From an uncultured Gemmatimonadaceae bacterium (GTDB lineage Bacteria > Gemmatimonadota > Gemmatimonadetes > Gemmatimonadales > Gemmatimonadaceae): a stretch of 64,000 nucleotides of DNA. Of this stretch, positions 30,848 to 40,713 are shown piece after piece; position 1 is the first letter of the stretch; the number at the start of each line of letters is the position of its first letter. The DNA is taken from the NCBI GenBank assembly GCA_963740355.1, contig CAVUDW010000002.1:864001-928000 (forward strand). Direction: 5' to 3'. Under the pieces are notes generated by a model, which was not told where the DNA came from, did not search any database, and saw nothing but the letters and a program-made list of their open reading frames with translations. The translations under genes were made by a program, and so were the position numbers.

Positions 30848-32812
30848 ATGATCGATACCCCGGACGCTGAGGTCCGCCGCCCGCTTGGGCGAGTGGTGGC
30901 CACCGAGCGTCGGCCGAATACGCCGCACGAATTCCACTTCTGGACCGCGCTCGATGCCAACGTCGGCATCGGCACCATCGTGCGCGTCGATGGCAGTGTG
31001 GCGGTGAACGGGCACGTGCCGCAGATCTTCGGCGTGGTGATGGAAGGGCAGAGCTGGACCGATATGCTCTCGCCACTCGATGATGTGTTGGGCCGCGACG
31101 GACAGCCGGATGGTGGGCTGGTGGCCACCCAACGCACCGAGATCCGGCTGTATACGGCCAGTGTCTTGCGCCACATGCCGGAAGAGCCGCTTCAACCGGT
31201 GCCAATGGGCACTGTGTGGCTGGCCGATGATCACGACATCGCGCTCGCGCTGCGCATGGATGGATACGTCGGGAAGACGGCGATTCCAGTCGGCCTGTAC
31301 CGCAGTGGTGGCATCGAAAGCCCGGTGTTTCTCGATGCCGATTTCCTGCTCGGCCCGGAAGCGGCGCATCTCAACATCACCGGTGTCAGCGGCCTCGCCA
31401 CCAAGACCAGCGCTGTCGAGTGGTTGCTGCAGTCGATCTTTGCGCACTTCCCCGCCGACAAGGGATCGGTGGCCGCGGTCTGCTTCAACGTGAAGGGTCC
31501 GGACCTTCTTTATCTCGACCAACCGGCGACGCTGGCGCCAGAAGACGTCGCGATGTACGACAAGCTTGGCGTACCGGCGCAGCCATTCCAGAATGTGCAG
31601 TACTATGCGCCATACGATGCTGCCTTGCGCGGACTGGCCACGATTCGCAGCAACGAGGCGCTGCAGCACAACGTGCAGCCGCTGACGTGGGGCCTGAAGG
31701 AAGTGCTGCAGTACGCCGTCACGCTGCTCGACCGCGAGGACATAGACGCCAAGGCCGACGCGCTGATCGACTTCATCACCGATCGTGTGGTGGGCCAGAA
31801 GTTCAAGGACCCGATGCTCGGTGGCGAGATGATCGTGCAGACCTTTGCCGATCTCGATCACTGGTTCCGCACATTGCTCGACGCCCTGGAGTCGAAGGAC
31901 GCGCAGAGCTGGCGCACGCACCATGTGGCCACGATTCGCAAGGTGCGCAACCGCCTCGTGAACCTCGCCACGCGGTGCGCCGGCCTGGTGACCGATGGCG
32001 CCGATGTCAGTGACCTCCCCTTCGGTGCGTTCGAGGACCGGTCGGTACATGTGCTCGACGTGGCGAACCTCGAGGAGGATGCGCAAGGATTGATCTTTGC
32101 GCGCGTCGTGAGCAAACTGCGCGAGCACCTGGAGCGGCGCGACCTGGGCGTCAATCATGTCATCGTCTTCGTCGACGAGTTGAACAAGTACGCCCCCAGT
32201 GACGGCCCCGAGACATACGTGCGGCGCATGCTGCTGGACATCGCGGAGCGGGGGCGCTACCTGGGCATGGTCCTCTTCTCGGCCCAGCAGTTTCGCAGCC
32301 AGGTCCACAAGCGCGTGGTCGGAAATGCGGGCACCGCGCTCTATGGCCGCATGGATGGCGACGAATTGGCGACACCGGGGTATGCCGTGCTGAGTCCTGC
32401 CGTCCGGACGAAGTTGTCCACTCTCGACAAGGGTCAGTTGATGGTTCGTCACCCCCATTTCACCCAGCCGGTGTTCGTCCGCTTCCCGCGGCCGAGTGTG
32501 CTGACCGGCCGGCTCGGCGTCGAGCGGTTCCCGGCCGCCCCGATCGAGGACTTCGATGCCGCCATGCTGCGCCGCCTGCGCCGCTTCGACAGCAGCCTCA
32601 CGGTCGACTGGCTGCGGTCCGTGATTGCGCTCGCCGAGGAGGCCGACGTGATCCGTGCGGTGCGGGCGACCGAGCGGGAACAACCCCGCGATGCCAAGGG
32701 GTATTTCGCCGCACAATTCCGACGACAGGTTGCGCCGCGTGACCTCGCGGCGCCGCAAGCGTTGGTGCAACCCCTGGCCCTTCCTGTTGGCGATGATCCG
32801 TACGGGTTTTGA
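30848..32812 (+). CDS. herA: HerA/FtsK-family ATPase (HAS-barrel + helicase domain)
   Basis: N-terminal barrel, HLNITGVSGLATKTS variant Walker A, VFVDELNKYAP Walker B, RGRYLG Arg finger, SAQQ. Confidence 0.85.
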   Translation: MIDTPDAEVRRPLGRVVATERRPNTPHEFHFWTALDANVGIGTIVRVDGSVAVNGHVPQIFGVVMEGQSWTDMLSPLDDVLGRDGQPDGGLVATQRTEIRLYTASVLRHMPEEPLQPVPMGTVWLADDHDIALALRMDGYVGKTAIPVGLYRSGGIESPVFLDADFLLGPEAAHLNITGVSGLATKTSAVEWLLQSIFAHFPADKGSVAAVCFNVKGPDLLYLDQPATLAPEDVAMYDKLGVPAQPFQNVQYYAPYDAALRGLATIRSNEALQHNVQPLTWGLKEVLQYAVTLLDREDIDAKADALIDFITDRVVGQKFKDPMLGGEMIVQTFADLDHWFRTLLDALESKDAQSWRTHHVATIRKVRNRLVNLATRCAGLVTDGADVSDLPFGAFEDRSVHVLDVANLEEDAQGLIFARVVSKLREHLERRDLGVNHVIVFVDELNKYAPSDGPETYVRRMLLDIAERGRYLGMVLFSAQQFRSQVHKRVVGNAGTALYGRMDGDELATPGYAVLSPAVRTKLSTLDKGQLMVRHPHFTQPVFVRFPRPSVLTGRLGVERFPAAPIEDFDAAMLRRLRRFDSSLTVDWLRSVIALAEEADVIRAVRATEREQPRDAKGYFAAQFRRQVAPRDLAAPQALVQPLALPVGDDPYGF

Positions 32813-32813
32813 C

Positions 32814-33650
32814 GTGACGCGGGTGGTAGTCGGATTCGTCGCGCTGATGGCGGGCGCGTGCGCGTCGCTCGAGGCGCAGCGGCCGAAGAAGTCGGCCGAT
32901 GCGCGGGTCGCGCTCACATTGCGGCCGTTCCCTGGCGACATGATCCGCCAACTCGTCGAGCATGATGTCGATGAGCAGGGCACCATCACGATGCCCAGCG
33001 GCGACTCGACGGTCCGCGTGAGCACGCGCACCACGGTCATCCTGCGCTCACGGGTCGACGCGGTGGATTCGCTTGGCTCGGTGGTCACGTCACAGGTCGA
33101 GAGCGTGACGGTTCGTGCGACCGGCGGAAGGGAAGAGAGTAGGCGCGCGCGCATCGCCACCGGCATGGCGCTGCAGGGCCGGACGCTACGAATGAAGCTC
33201 GCCCCCGACGGCGAGTTGATCGTGCTGGACGACGCGTCGGCGCAGTCAGCGGCGACGATCGCCACCCTCGCCGCGCTGGTAGATCGGGTACCGGCGGCGC
33301 TGCCGTCACTGCCCGTCCACGAGCATGAAAAGTGGACCCGCCACATGGTGCTGGCCGGCGCCCCGGGCGATGGCATCGACGCCGAGTTCACGCTCGACTC
33401 GCTCACCCGGTACGGCGACTTCGCGTGGGTCTCGGTCAAGGGCGTGATGCGCGACGCCGGGGCCGATGCCGGTGCCAGCGTGGTGGGATGGGTCCTGCTC
33501 GATCGCCGGCGCGGCTGGATCACGAAGTCGCGCATGATCATGACGATGCGCGCGGTGACCGGCGCTCAGGGCGGCATGCCCCCGATGCGGTTCGTGATGC
33601 GGGTGGAGCAGCGGGTTGGGGAAGTGGCGGAGCTGCGGGTGCGGCGGTAG
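32814..33650 (+). CDS. Exported hypothetical protein (beta-rich)
   Basis: Signal-peptide-like N-terminus VVVGFVALMAGACASLEAQ; fills the herA-sbcD gap; start 32793 or 32814. Confidence 0.7.
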   Translation: MTRVVVGFVALMAGACASLEAQRPKKSADARVALTLRPFPGDMIRQLVEHDVDEQGTITMPSGDSTVRVSTRTTVILRSRVDAVDSLGSVVTSQVESVTVRATGGREESRRARIATGMALQGRTLRMKLAPDGELIVLDDASAQSAATIATLAALVDRVPAALPSLPVHEHEKWTRHMVLAGAPGDGIDAEFTLDSLTRYGDFAWVSVKGVMRDAGADAGASVVGWVLLDRRRGWITKSRMIMTMRAVTGAQGGMPPMRFVMRVEQRVGEVAELRVRR

Positions 33651-33722
33651 CCCCTCAGCCAGTTGTTGTCACGTGGTTGAGTGCTCGCGCTCGCCAGTTC
33701 GTTCGAACGGTAGATTTCCCCC

Positions 33723-34949
33723 ATGCGCATCGCTCACCTCGCCGATCTCCACTTGGGTTTCCGTCAGTACCAGCGGCTGAGCTCGGCAGGTAACAACCAG
33801 CGCGAAGCCGACGTCGCCCGAGCCACCCGGCACGCCATCGACGCGGTCATCGCGCAGGCGCCGGACCTCGTCCTCATCGCGGGCGACGTCTTCCACCAGG
33901 TGCGCCCATCCAACCCGATGATCCTGTTCGCGTTGCGCGAGCTGACGCGCTTGCGCGCGGCGCTGCCCGGCACGCCAGTGGTCATGATCGCAGGCAACCA
34001 CGATTTGCCTCGCGCAGCGGAAACCGGCTGCATCCTGGCGCTCTTTCGCACTGTTGGTGTCACGGTCATCGAAAGCGCCGCCGAACGGGTGCGCATCCGC
34101 GAGCTCGACCTCTCGATCTTCGCCGTGCCTGACACCCTCGGCCAACCGTTGCCGGCGCTCACAACCGATGTCGAGGCGCGCTGGAACGTCCTGCTGCTCC
34201 ATGGGGAAGTGAAGGGCGTGCTCCCCGATCGCGCGGTGTCGGTGGATCGGAGCCCGAGCGAGATCACTGTCGAGGAGTTGCAGCAGGCACCGTGGGACTA
34301 CGTAGCACTTGGGCACTATCACGTGCATCGGCAGGTGGCCTCGCGCGCCTGGTACGCCGGATCGCTCGACTATGTGAGCAGCAATGCCTGGGGCGAGCTC
34401 GCTGAGCAACACCAGCATGGCGTGCCCGGGAAGGGGTTTGCGATGCACGACCTGGCGACCGGCATCCACAGCTTCGTGCAGGTCCCGATGGAGCGGCGTT
34501 TCGTCGACCTCGAGCCGGTGGATGCCCATTCGCTTGCGCCGGCCGATGTCGACGCCCTCGTTGCTGATCGTGTCGCGCAAGTGCCAGGCGGGCTTGAAGA
34601 CGCGGTGGTGCGCCTCGTGGTTCGCGAGATACCGCGCCACGTTGCGCGTGACCTCGATCACAAGGCGATCCGCGAGTACAAGCGTCGTGCGCTGCACTTC
34701 CAGCTCGACACACGGAAGCCGGAACTGGTCCGCACTCGTACCGGGTCCGGCGCCGGCGGCGCGCGCCCGTCGCTGCCGATGCTGGTCCGCGAAAAACTCG
34801 AGGGCCGTCCCCTCACCGCAGACGTGGATCGCGAGTCGTTCGTATCGCTGGGCCTCGACTACCTGCAACGTGTGAGTGAGCCGACGACCGTCGCGACGGA
34901 GCAAGGGGCGGAGGCGGACTTCATGCTCGCATCACCAGACGCGCCATGA
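33723..34949 (+). CDS. sbcD: Mre11/SbcD DNA repair exonuclease
   Basis: DLHLG, AGDVF, GNHD, LLHG and ALGHYH phosphoesterase motifs. Confidence 0.93.
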   Translation: MRIAHLADLHLGFRQYQRLSSAGNNQREADVARATRHAIDAVIAQAPDLVLIAGDVFHQVRPSNPMILFALRELTRLRAALPGTPVVMIAGNHDLPRAAETGCILALFRTVGVTVIESAAERVRIRELDLSIFAVPDTLGQPLPALTTDVEARWNVLLLHGEVKGVLPDRAVSVDRSPSEITVEELQQAPWDYVALGHYHVHRQVASRAWYAGSLDYVSSNAWGELAEQHQHGVPGKGFAMHDLATGIHSFVQVPMERRFVDLEPVDAHSLAPADVDALVADRVAQVPGGLEDAVVRLVVREIPRHVARDLDHKAIREYKRRALHFQLDTRKPELVRTRTGSGAGGARPSLPMLVREKLEGRPLTADVDRESFVSLGLDYLQRVSEPTTVATEQGAEADFMLASPDAP

Positions 34950-37387
34950 GGCTGCGCGCGCTTCGCCTGCAGAACTTCCGCCAGCACGTCGACACGCTGA
35001 TCGAGTTCGAGAATGGCCTGACCGGCATCATCGGTCCCAATGGTGCCGGCAAGTCGACGATTCTCGAAGGCATCGCGTGGGCGCTCTACGGCAACACGGC
35101 GGCCAGGGGCACGCGCGAATCGATCAAGTTTCACGGCGCGCAGCCGCGGGCGTCCGTTCGTGCAGAACTGGACTTCGAGCTCGGTCCGCACCGATATCGC
35201 GTGGTGCGCGGGCTGACCTCGGCGGAACTGTTCGTGGATGGCGGCTCGGCGCCCGTTGCCAACAGCATCGGGAGCGTCGGCCAGCTGATCGAACAGCGGC
35301 TTGGCATGACCAGCCGCGAGTTCTTCACCACCTACTTCACCGGCCAGAAGGACCTCGCGGCGATGGCGGCCATGGGACCGGCCGATCGCGGACGATTCCT
35401 GTCGCGTGTGCTCGGGTATGATCGCCTGCAGAAGGCGCAGGAACTGGCCAGGCAGAAGCGCGGTGAAGTGATCGCCGCGATCCGTGCGCTGTCGCAGTCG
35501 ATGGCCGATGCCGACATGCTGGCCGCCGAAGTGAAGGAGGCGCAGTTGCTGGTGCGCGCCTCCGAGCAGGCGCTGGCGAGCGCATCGCGCGCGTTGATCG
35601 AGATGGAACAGTTGGTGGCGCAGGCCGAGCCGCGCTGGCGTGAGTCGGAGCGCGCGCAGGCGAGGGACATGGAGTTGCAGACTGCGATCATCCGTGCGGA
35701 AGCCGCGATCGAGGCGGCGGAGCGCGAGGCGGAGCGGGCGGCGCACGCAGTCGCAGAGTCGGAAAGTGTCATCGCGGGCATCGCAACTGTGCTGGCCGAG
35801 CTGGCGCCGCTGGCGGCGCTTCGCGCGGAACTTCAGGGGCTCGAGGAACGCTCGCGACAGGCGGCGCGGCGACAGGCCTTGACGGAAGAGATCGCGCGGC
35901 TCACCACCGGCGTCGACACGGCTGCGGCGCGCCTTGCACAGCTCTCCACCGCACCCACGCTTCGCATCGAGGTGCAGGAGGCGCTGGTCGAGGCGCGAGC
36001 AGCAGCGACGGCGGCCACTGATGCGGCCACTGCGCGTCGCACTGACTGGGTGCGCGACCGGCAGGAAGTGGAGACGCGTCGGCAGCAGAAGCGCGATGAA
36101 TACACCGACATCAAGACGCAGCACGAGAAGCTGAAGGAGCTGGGGCCGGATGCCCCATGCCCCACCTGCCTGCGGCCCCTTGGCGCGAGCCATGCGGCGC
36201 TGCTCGAGGAGCTTGGCGACAAGCTCGAGCTGCTCCGCGTCGAGGGGCTGTACTTCAAGCAGCGTACCGAGCAGCTGCACGCCGAACCTGAGGACTTGCG
36301 CGCGCTCGATGCCGCTCGTGTGGAGAAGGACGCTGTGGTGCGTCAGCTCGAACGAAAGGAGCTGAAGATCGAGCAGGCATTGAAGGAACAGGCCGAAAAG
36401 GCCCGAGAACTGGCGCTGCTCACCGCACAGCGCGACGAACGGGTGCAGGCCATCGCGCAGCTGGCATCGGAGTACGACGCGGCGCACCACGCCGCGGTGC
36501 AGCAATCGGTTGCGGCACTCAGTGCGCTCGAGGTTCGTCACGCCGCGGCGAAGGGAATTGCCGATGAGCTGCCGCAGCGTCTCATCCGGCGGACCGATGC
36601 AGTGGTCGCACGGGCCGCGGCGCGTGCCGGCGTGGCCGCAGCGCGTGAGGCGCGTCTGGTACACGGCTTCAGCCCCGAGGCGCACGCTGCGGCACTGCGC
36701 GACTGGGAACTGGCCACGCAACGGCGGCAGGACGCTGCCGTGGTGCGGGCAGGCGCCGAGAGTGATGCAGGCAACGCCGCTGGCGCGCTCGCGCGGGCGC
36801 TCACGGCGGCCGAGCAGGCTGCCAAGGTGCGGGAACAACAGCGCCAGCTCGAGATGGAGCGGCGGGTGCATGATGAGTTGGACGCGGCGTATGGCGAGCT
36901 GCGGGCCGAATTGAATGCCCGATTGCGACCGGAGCTGGGTGAAATTGCCGGCTCGTTCCTGACCGACCTCACGGACGACCGCTACAACGAGTTCGAACTC
37001 GATGAGAACTACGACATCATTCTCATCGGGGGTGGGGTACCACGGCAGGTGATTTCCGGGGGCGAGGAGGACCTCGCCAACCTGGTCCTGCGTTTAGCCG
37101 TGTCGCAGCTCATCGCCGAACGCAGTGGGCAGCCGTTCTCCCTCCTGGTGCTGGACGAGGTCTTCGGCTCGCTGGACGACCAGCGCCGGGCGAATGTCGT
37201 GGAGTTGTTGCGGCGGTTGCAGGATAGGTTCGAGCAGGTGATTGTGATCACCCATATTGACGGCGTCCGAGACGGTCTCGACCGCGTACTCGAAGTGAGC
37301 ATCGACGAGCAGACCGGTCGTGCGATCGTCGAGCAGCGCGATGGTGGGCGACTGACTGACGAAACCTTGGTGGGGCTGGAGGTCTGA
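34946..37387 (+). CDS. sbcC: Rad50/SbcC SMC-family ATPase
   Basis: GPNGAGKS, coiled coils, CPTC zinc hook, ISGGE signature, LVLDEVFGSLD; ATGA overlap with sbcD. Confidence 0.93.
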   Translation: MRLRALRLQNFRQHVDTLIEFENGLTGIIGPNGAGKSTILEGIAWALYGNTAARGTRESIKFHGAQPRASVRAELDFELGPHRYRVVRGLTSAELFVDGGSAPVANSIGSVGQLIEQRLGMTSREFFTTYFTGQKDLAAMAAMGPADRGRFLSRVLGYDRLQKAQELARQKRGEVIAAIRALSQSMADADMLAAEVKEAQLLVRASEQALASASRALIEMEQLVAQAEPRWRESERAQARDMELQTAIIRAEAAIEAAEREAERAAHAVAESESVIAGIATVLAELAPLAALRAELQGLEERSRQAARRQALTEEIARLTTGVDTAAARLAQLSTAPTLRIEVQEALVEARAAATAATDAATARRTDWVRDRQEVETRRQQKRDEYTDIKTQHEKLKELGPDAPCPTCLRPLGASHAALLEELGDKLELLRVEGLYFKQRTEQLHAEPEDLRALDAARVEKDAVVRQLERKELKIEQALKEQAEKARELALLTAQRDERVQAIAQLASEYDAAHHAAVQQSVAALSALEVRHAAAKGIADELPQRLIRRTDAVVARAAARAGVAAAREARLVHGFSPEAHAAALRDWELATQRRQDAAVVRAGAESDAGNAAGALARALTAAEQAAKVREQQRQLEMERRVHDELDAAYGELRAELNARLRPELGEIAGSFLTDLTDDRYNEFELDENYDIILIGGGVPRQVISGGEEDLANLVLRLAVSQLIAERSGQPFSLLVLDEVFGSLDDQRRANVVELLRRLQDRFEQVIVITHIDGVRDGLDRVLEVSIDEQTGRAIVEQRDGGRLTDETLVGLEV

Positions 37388-37389
37388 CG

Positions 37390-38367
37390 GTGGCGAGTTT
37401 GCGCACGTGGCGTTCCGAGCCGGCGGTGACCGGCCCTGAATTGATTCAGCCGGCGGACATTCCGGCCTTGAACACCGTTTTCAGCGACGCGTTCTCCGAG
37501 CGCTATCGCAAGGACGGGCTGGTTGGCGTGCGCGTTCCGTTCCTCAACCCGTTGATCTGGCGTTATGCGATCGAGGGGGCTGGCGCCGGTGCCGTGCTCT
37601 GGCGCACCGATCGTGGCGCAGTCGCGGCCTTCAACATTGCGCATCGCAGCGGCGTGGAAGGCTGGATGGGGCCACTGGCGGTGATGCCGGAACTGCAGTC
37701 GCGCGGCCTTGGCCGAACGATCGTCTCCTTCGGCGTGGAGCATCTGCGCACACTGGGGTGTCGCGTGATCGGGCTGGAAACGATGCCGCGCACGATGGAC
37801 AACATCGGTTTCTATTCGCAACTCGGATTCGTGCCGGGCCCGCTCACCATCACGGTCACCCTCGACGCGGCCACCGCCGATTCCCCGATCACGTTGCTCG
37901 GCCGGTTGTCGGCACTGGAGCGCGATGACGCGGTGCTCGAGTGTGCCGCGTTGGCCGCCTCGATACGCGACGGCTATGACTTCACGCGCGAGATCCGCAT
38001 CACCGATGCGCTCGCGATCGGAGAGACGGTGCTGATTCGGCGCGGTGGTGTGGTGGTGGCGTTTGCCATCTGCCACTCCGCACCGCTGGTCGAGGGGCGG
38101 GCGCGTGACGAAGTGCGCGTGTTGAAGCTGGTGGCGGCGACCGATGCCGACGCGGCCCTGCTCGTGACACACCTGACCGAATATGCGCTGCGCTGCGGCA
38201 CGCGTCGGGTTGCCATTCGTGTACAAGGCGACGCGACGCGACTGTATGCCGCATTGATGGCGCGTGGTGGGCGCGTGCGATGGACCGACCTGCGCATGAC
38301 GATGGCGTCGTACGGAGAACCACCACAGCCGGCCGATGGCGTGATGCTGTCGAACTGGGAAATCTGA
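37390..38367 (+). CDS. Tandem GNAT-family acetyltransferase
   Basis: LAVMPELQSRGLG acetyl-CoA motif, NIGFYSQLGF; 2 bp after the sbcC stop. Confidence 0.85.
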   Translation: MASLRTWRSEPAVTGPELIQPADIPALNTVFSDAFSERYRKDGLVGVRVPFLNPLIWRYAIEGAGAGAVLWRTDRGAVAAFNIAHRSGVEGWMGPLAVMPELQSRGLGRTIVSFGVEHLRTLGCRVIGLETMPRTMDNIGFYSQLGFVPGPLTITVTLDAATADSPITLLGRLSALERDDAVLECAALAASIRDGYDFTREIRITDALAIGETVLIRRGGVVVAFAICHSAPLVEGRARDEVRVLKLVAATDADAALLVTHLTEYALRCGTRRVAIRVQGDATRLYAALMARGGRVRWTDLRMTMASYGEPPQPADGVMLSNWEI

Positions 38368-38452
38368 GGGCGGTTCGTCGACGAGTGACGCGCGCGCGTG
38401 GCATGTCTGTCGGCGCTGCCGATGTTGCGACGTGTCCTGTCCAACCGTCCAG

Positions 38453-38482
38453 TTGACGAAGGTCTGCACAGACACCTACCTT
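38453..38482 (+). promoter_or_regulatory. Candidate sigma70 promoter for the ncRNA
   Basis: TTGACG-N18-TACCTT directly upstream of the rod structure. Confidence 0.5.
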
Positions 38483-38488
38483 CTGCGC

Positions 38489-38657
38489 AGCAAAAGATCA
38501 GGAACGGGAAGGCATAATTTTTGAGCCGATAAGTCTGCCGGTGAAGTCCGATAAATCGTGCTGACGTCATGCCCCAGTGCGGGGAAGGCGGAAGGCTGCG
38601 GGTGAGGGCTGTAGCGTATCGACGGGCTTCAAAAACCCCTTCTCGTTCCACTCTGGT
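38489..38657 (+). ncRNA. Rod-shaped structured RNA, probable 6S RNA
   Basis: GGAACGGGAAGG (38501-12) pairs with CCTTCTCGTTCC (38638-49); TTTTTGAGCC with GGCTTCAAAAA; CGATA with TATCG; apical CCCC/GGGG; promoter upstream and terminator downstream. Confidence 0.55.
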
Positions 38658-38699
38658 GAATATGGGCGTCCCCTGATCGGGGGCGCCCATATTCGTTTT
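38658..38699 (+). terminator. Intrinsic terminator of the ncRNA
   Basis: GAATATGGGCGTCCC/GGGGCGCCCATATTC stem followed by GTTTT. Confidence 0.85.
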
Positions 38700-38879
38700 C
38701 CGGCCGTGCGCTCCGCATGCGGCGGGAACGCTCCGGGGGGATAGTTTCTTAATCTCTGGCGGAGGCTGTCCGGATGTGCCGGGCGCCGCCGCGCGGTGCG
38801 GCGCGATCGTCGTGTGTTGTTGCCGCCGTGACCCTTTGGCCGATACCCTGGCACACTGCATGGGTATCACCGAGTTCCG

Positions 38880-39293
38880 ATGCCGATCGTGACTGCCACG
38901 CGACGCCTGCGTTTCAACGCTGCGCATCGCATTCACAACCCTGCACTGTCCGACGCAGAAAACCTTCGCCTCTTCGGGAAGTGCAACAATCCGAACTGGC
39001 ACGGGCACAATTACACGCTTGAAGTGTCCGTCATCGGTGAGATCGACCCGATCACGGGCTACGTGATGGATCTCGGCCTGCTGCGCGGGATCGTGGAACG
39101 TGAAGTGATCGACGCGATGGACCATCGTAACCTGAACCTCGAAGTCGAGATTCTGCGCGGGATCAATCCGACCGCGGAAAACATCGTGGTGGCCTGCTGG
39201 AACGCGATCGCGCCGCACGTGGCGCCGGCAACGTTGAGCAGGCTCCGGCTCTGGGAGACCGAGAATAATTATGTCGAGTATGCAGGTTCTTAG
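38880..39293 (+). CDS. 6-pyruvoyl-tetrahydropterin synthase family, PTPS-II type
   Basis: [19 protein letters not shown] (CX5HGH), PTAENI, ETENN. Confidence 0.9.
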   Translation: MPIVTATRRLRFNAAHRIHNPALSDAENLRLFGKCNNPNWHGHNYTLEVSVIGEIDPITGYVMDLGLLRGIVEREVIDAMDHRNLNLEVEILRGINPTAENIVVACWNAIAPHVAPATLSRLRLWETENNYVEYAGS

Positions 39294-39909
39294 GCCGGTC
39301 GACGCGGACGACGCGTTCGACAGTGTACGGCCCGCTGTCTCGGGATCCGCGCTGGCGGAGTACGAGTCGCTGGTGCGTCGTCAGCTGGAACTGCTGGGTG
39401 AGGACGCCGAGCGTGATGGCCTTGCGAAGACGCCCAGCCGTGTCGCGAAGGCGATGGCGTGGCTCACGCGCGGCTACGAGATGGACGCCGCCTCGGTCAT
39501 CGGTGACGCACTGTTCGAGGAAAATGCCGATGGCATGGTGATGGTGCGTGACATCGAGTTGTACTCGATGTGTGAGCACCACATGCTGCCCTTCTTCGGC
39601 AAGGCACACATCGCGTATATCCCTGATGGACGCGTGGTCGGGCTCTCGAAACTGGCGCGCGTGGTCGAGGTGTTCGCACGCCGCCTGCAGGTGCAGGAGC
39701 GGATGACGGAGCAGATCGCGCACGCGCTGGCCGACGTCCTCAAGCCGAAGGGCGTTGGCGTCGTGATCGAGTGTGCACACATGTGCATGGCCATGCGTGG
39801 CGTCGAGAAGCAGAACTCGAAGACGATCACGTCAGCCCTGATCGGCAATTTCCGCAGCGATGCGAAGACCCGCGAGGAGTTCCTCCGCCTGGCGCACTCC
39901 CCGCGCTGA
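39280..39909 (+). CDS. folE: GTP cyclohydrolase I
   Basis: [39 protein letters not shown]; overlaps PTPS gene. Confidence 0.97.
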   Translation: MQVLRPVDADDAFDSVRPAVSGSALAEYESLVRRQLELLGEDAERDGLAKTPSRVAKAMAWLTRGYEMDAASVIGDALFEENADGMVMVRDIELYSMCEHHMLPFFGKAHIAYIPDGRVVGLSKLARVVEVFARRLQVQERMTEQIAHALADVLKPKGVGVVIECAHMCMAMRGVEKQNSKTITSALIGNFRSDAKTREEFLRLAHSPR

Positions 39910-39996
39910 GCATCGCCTCGGCGATCACGACGATTGCGTGAACGATTTTCCTGCCGCCGGCCGATCTGATCGCGCCGGCGGCAATACATTTCCGGC

Positions 39997-40707
39997 ATGA
40001 CCCCACGCCGCACCGCCGTCATCACAGGCGCCTCGAAAGGCATTGGCGCCGCACTCGCCCGCCGTTGCGCTGCCGATGGCGTGCAGGTGGCACTGATCGC
40101 GCGCACACGGGCGCCGCTCGAGGCCCTCGCCACCGAACTCGGTCCGCTGGCCAGCGCGCACCCCTGCGACCTCACCAACGCCGATGCCGTCGGCGAGGTG
40201 GCTCATGAGGTGGTGGCGACGTTCGGAGGTGCGCCGGACATTCTGGTGAACAATGCGGGGCTGTTCCAGCTCGCCACGGTTGAATCGATGTCGCCAGCCG
40301 ACTTCAGCGCCGTGGTGCAGACAAACCTCATCGCCCCCTTCCTGCTCACGCGCGCGCTGCTGCCGGCAATGCGCGAACGCGGCAGCGGTTCTATCGTGAC
40401 GCTCGGTTCGATTGCAGATCGAGCCGTGTTCCCTGAAAACGGCGCCTACGCGGCCAGCAAATACGGGCTGCGCGCACTGCATGAAGCGATGCGGATGGAA
40501 TTGCGGGGGAGTGGTGTCCGTGCAACGCTGGTGTCGCCGGGCCCGGTAGATACGCCGCTGTGGGATGCCGTGAATCCCGATGAACGCGCCGGCTTCACCC
40601 CGCGTGCGGCCATGCTGACTGCGGAGGATGTCGCCGACGCGATCTGGTTCGCGCTCTCCCGCCCCGCCAGCGTGAACATCGACGAGCTACGCCTGTCGCG
40701 GAGCTGA
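39997..40707 (+). CDS. Classical SDR oxidoreductase (candidate sepiapterin reductase)
   Basis: TGASKGIG, NNAG, YAASK. Confidence 0.88.
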   Translation: MTPRRTAVITGASKGIGAALARRCAADGVQVALIARTRAPLEALATELGPLASAHPCDLTNADAVGEVAHEVVATFGGAPDILVNNAGLFQLATVESMSPADFSAVVQTNLIAPFLLTRALLPAMRERGSGSIVTLGSIADRAVFPENGAYAASKYGLRALHEAMRMELRGSGVRATLVSPGPVDTPLWDAVNPDERAGFTPRAAMLTAEDVADAIWFALSRPASVNIDELRLSRS

Positions 40708-40713
40708 TGGCTC

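Noticed and set aside
30734..33541. 935-aa minus-strand ORF
   Set aside because: Antisense shadow of herA and the next gene
34859..36871. 670-aa minus-strand ORF
   Set aside because: Antisense shadow of sbcC
29779..37387. HerA/SMC genes as an anti-phage system (Sir2-HerA, Wadjet, Lamassu)
   Set aside because: No Sir2, Jet or effector genes; partners are NurA and Mre11; GC and codon use match the host and the context is housekeeping
38569..38676. 35-codon ORF MPQCGEGG... inside the ncRNA region
   Set aside because: No RBS, runs into the terminator stem; the pairing pattern explains the region better
38880..39293. Calling the PTPS gene queD (queuosine pathway)
   Set aside because: Motif is CX5HGH rather than CX3HGH, and no other que genes are nearby
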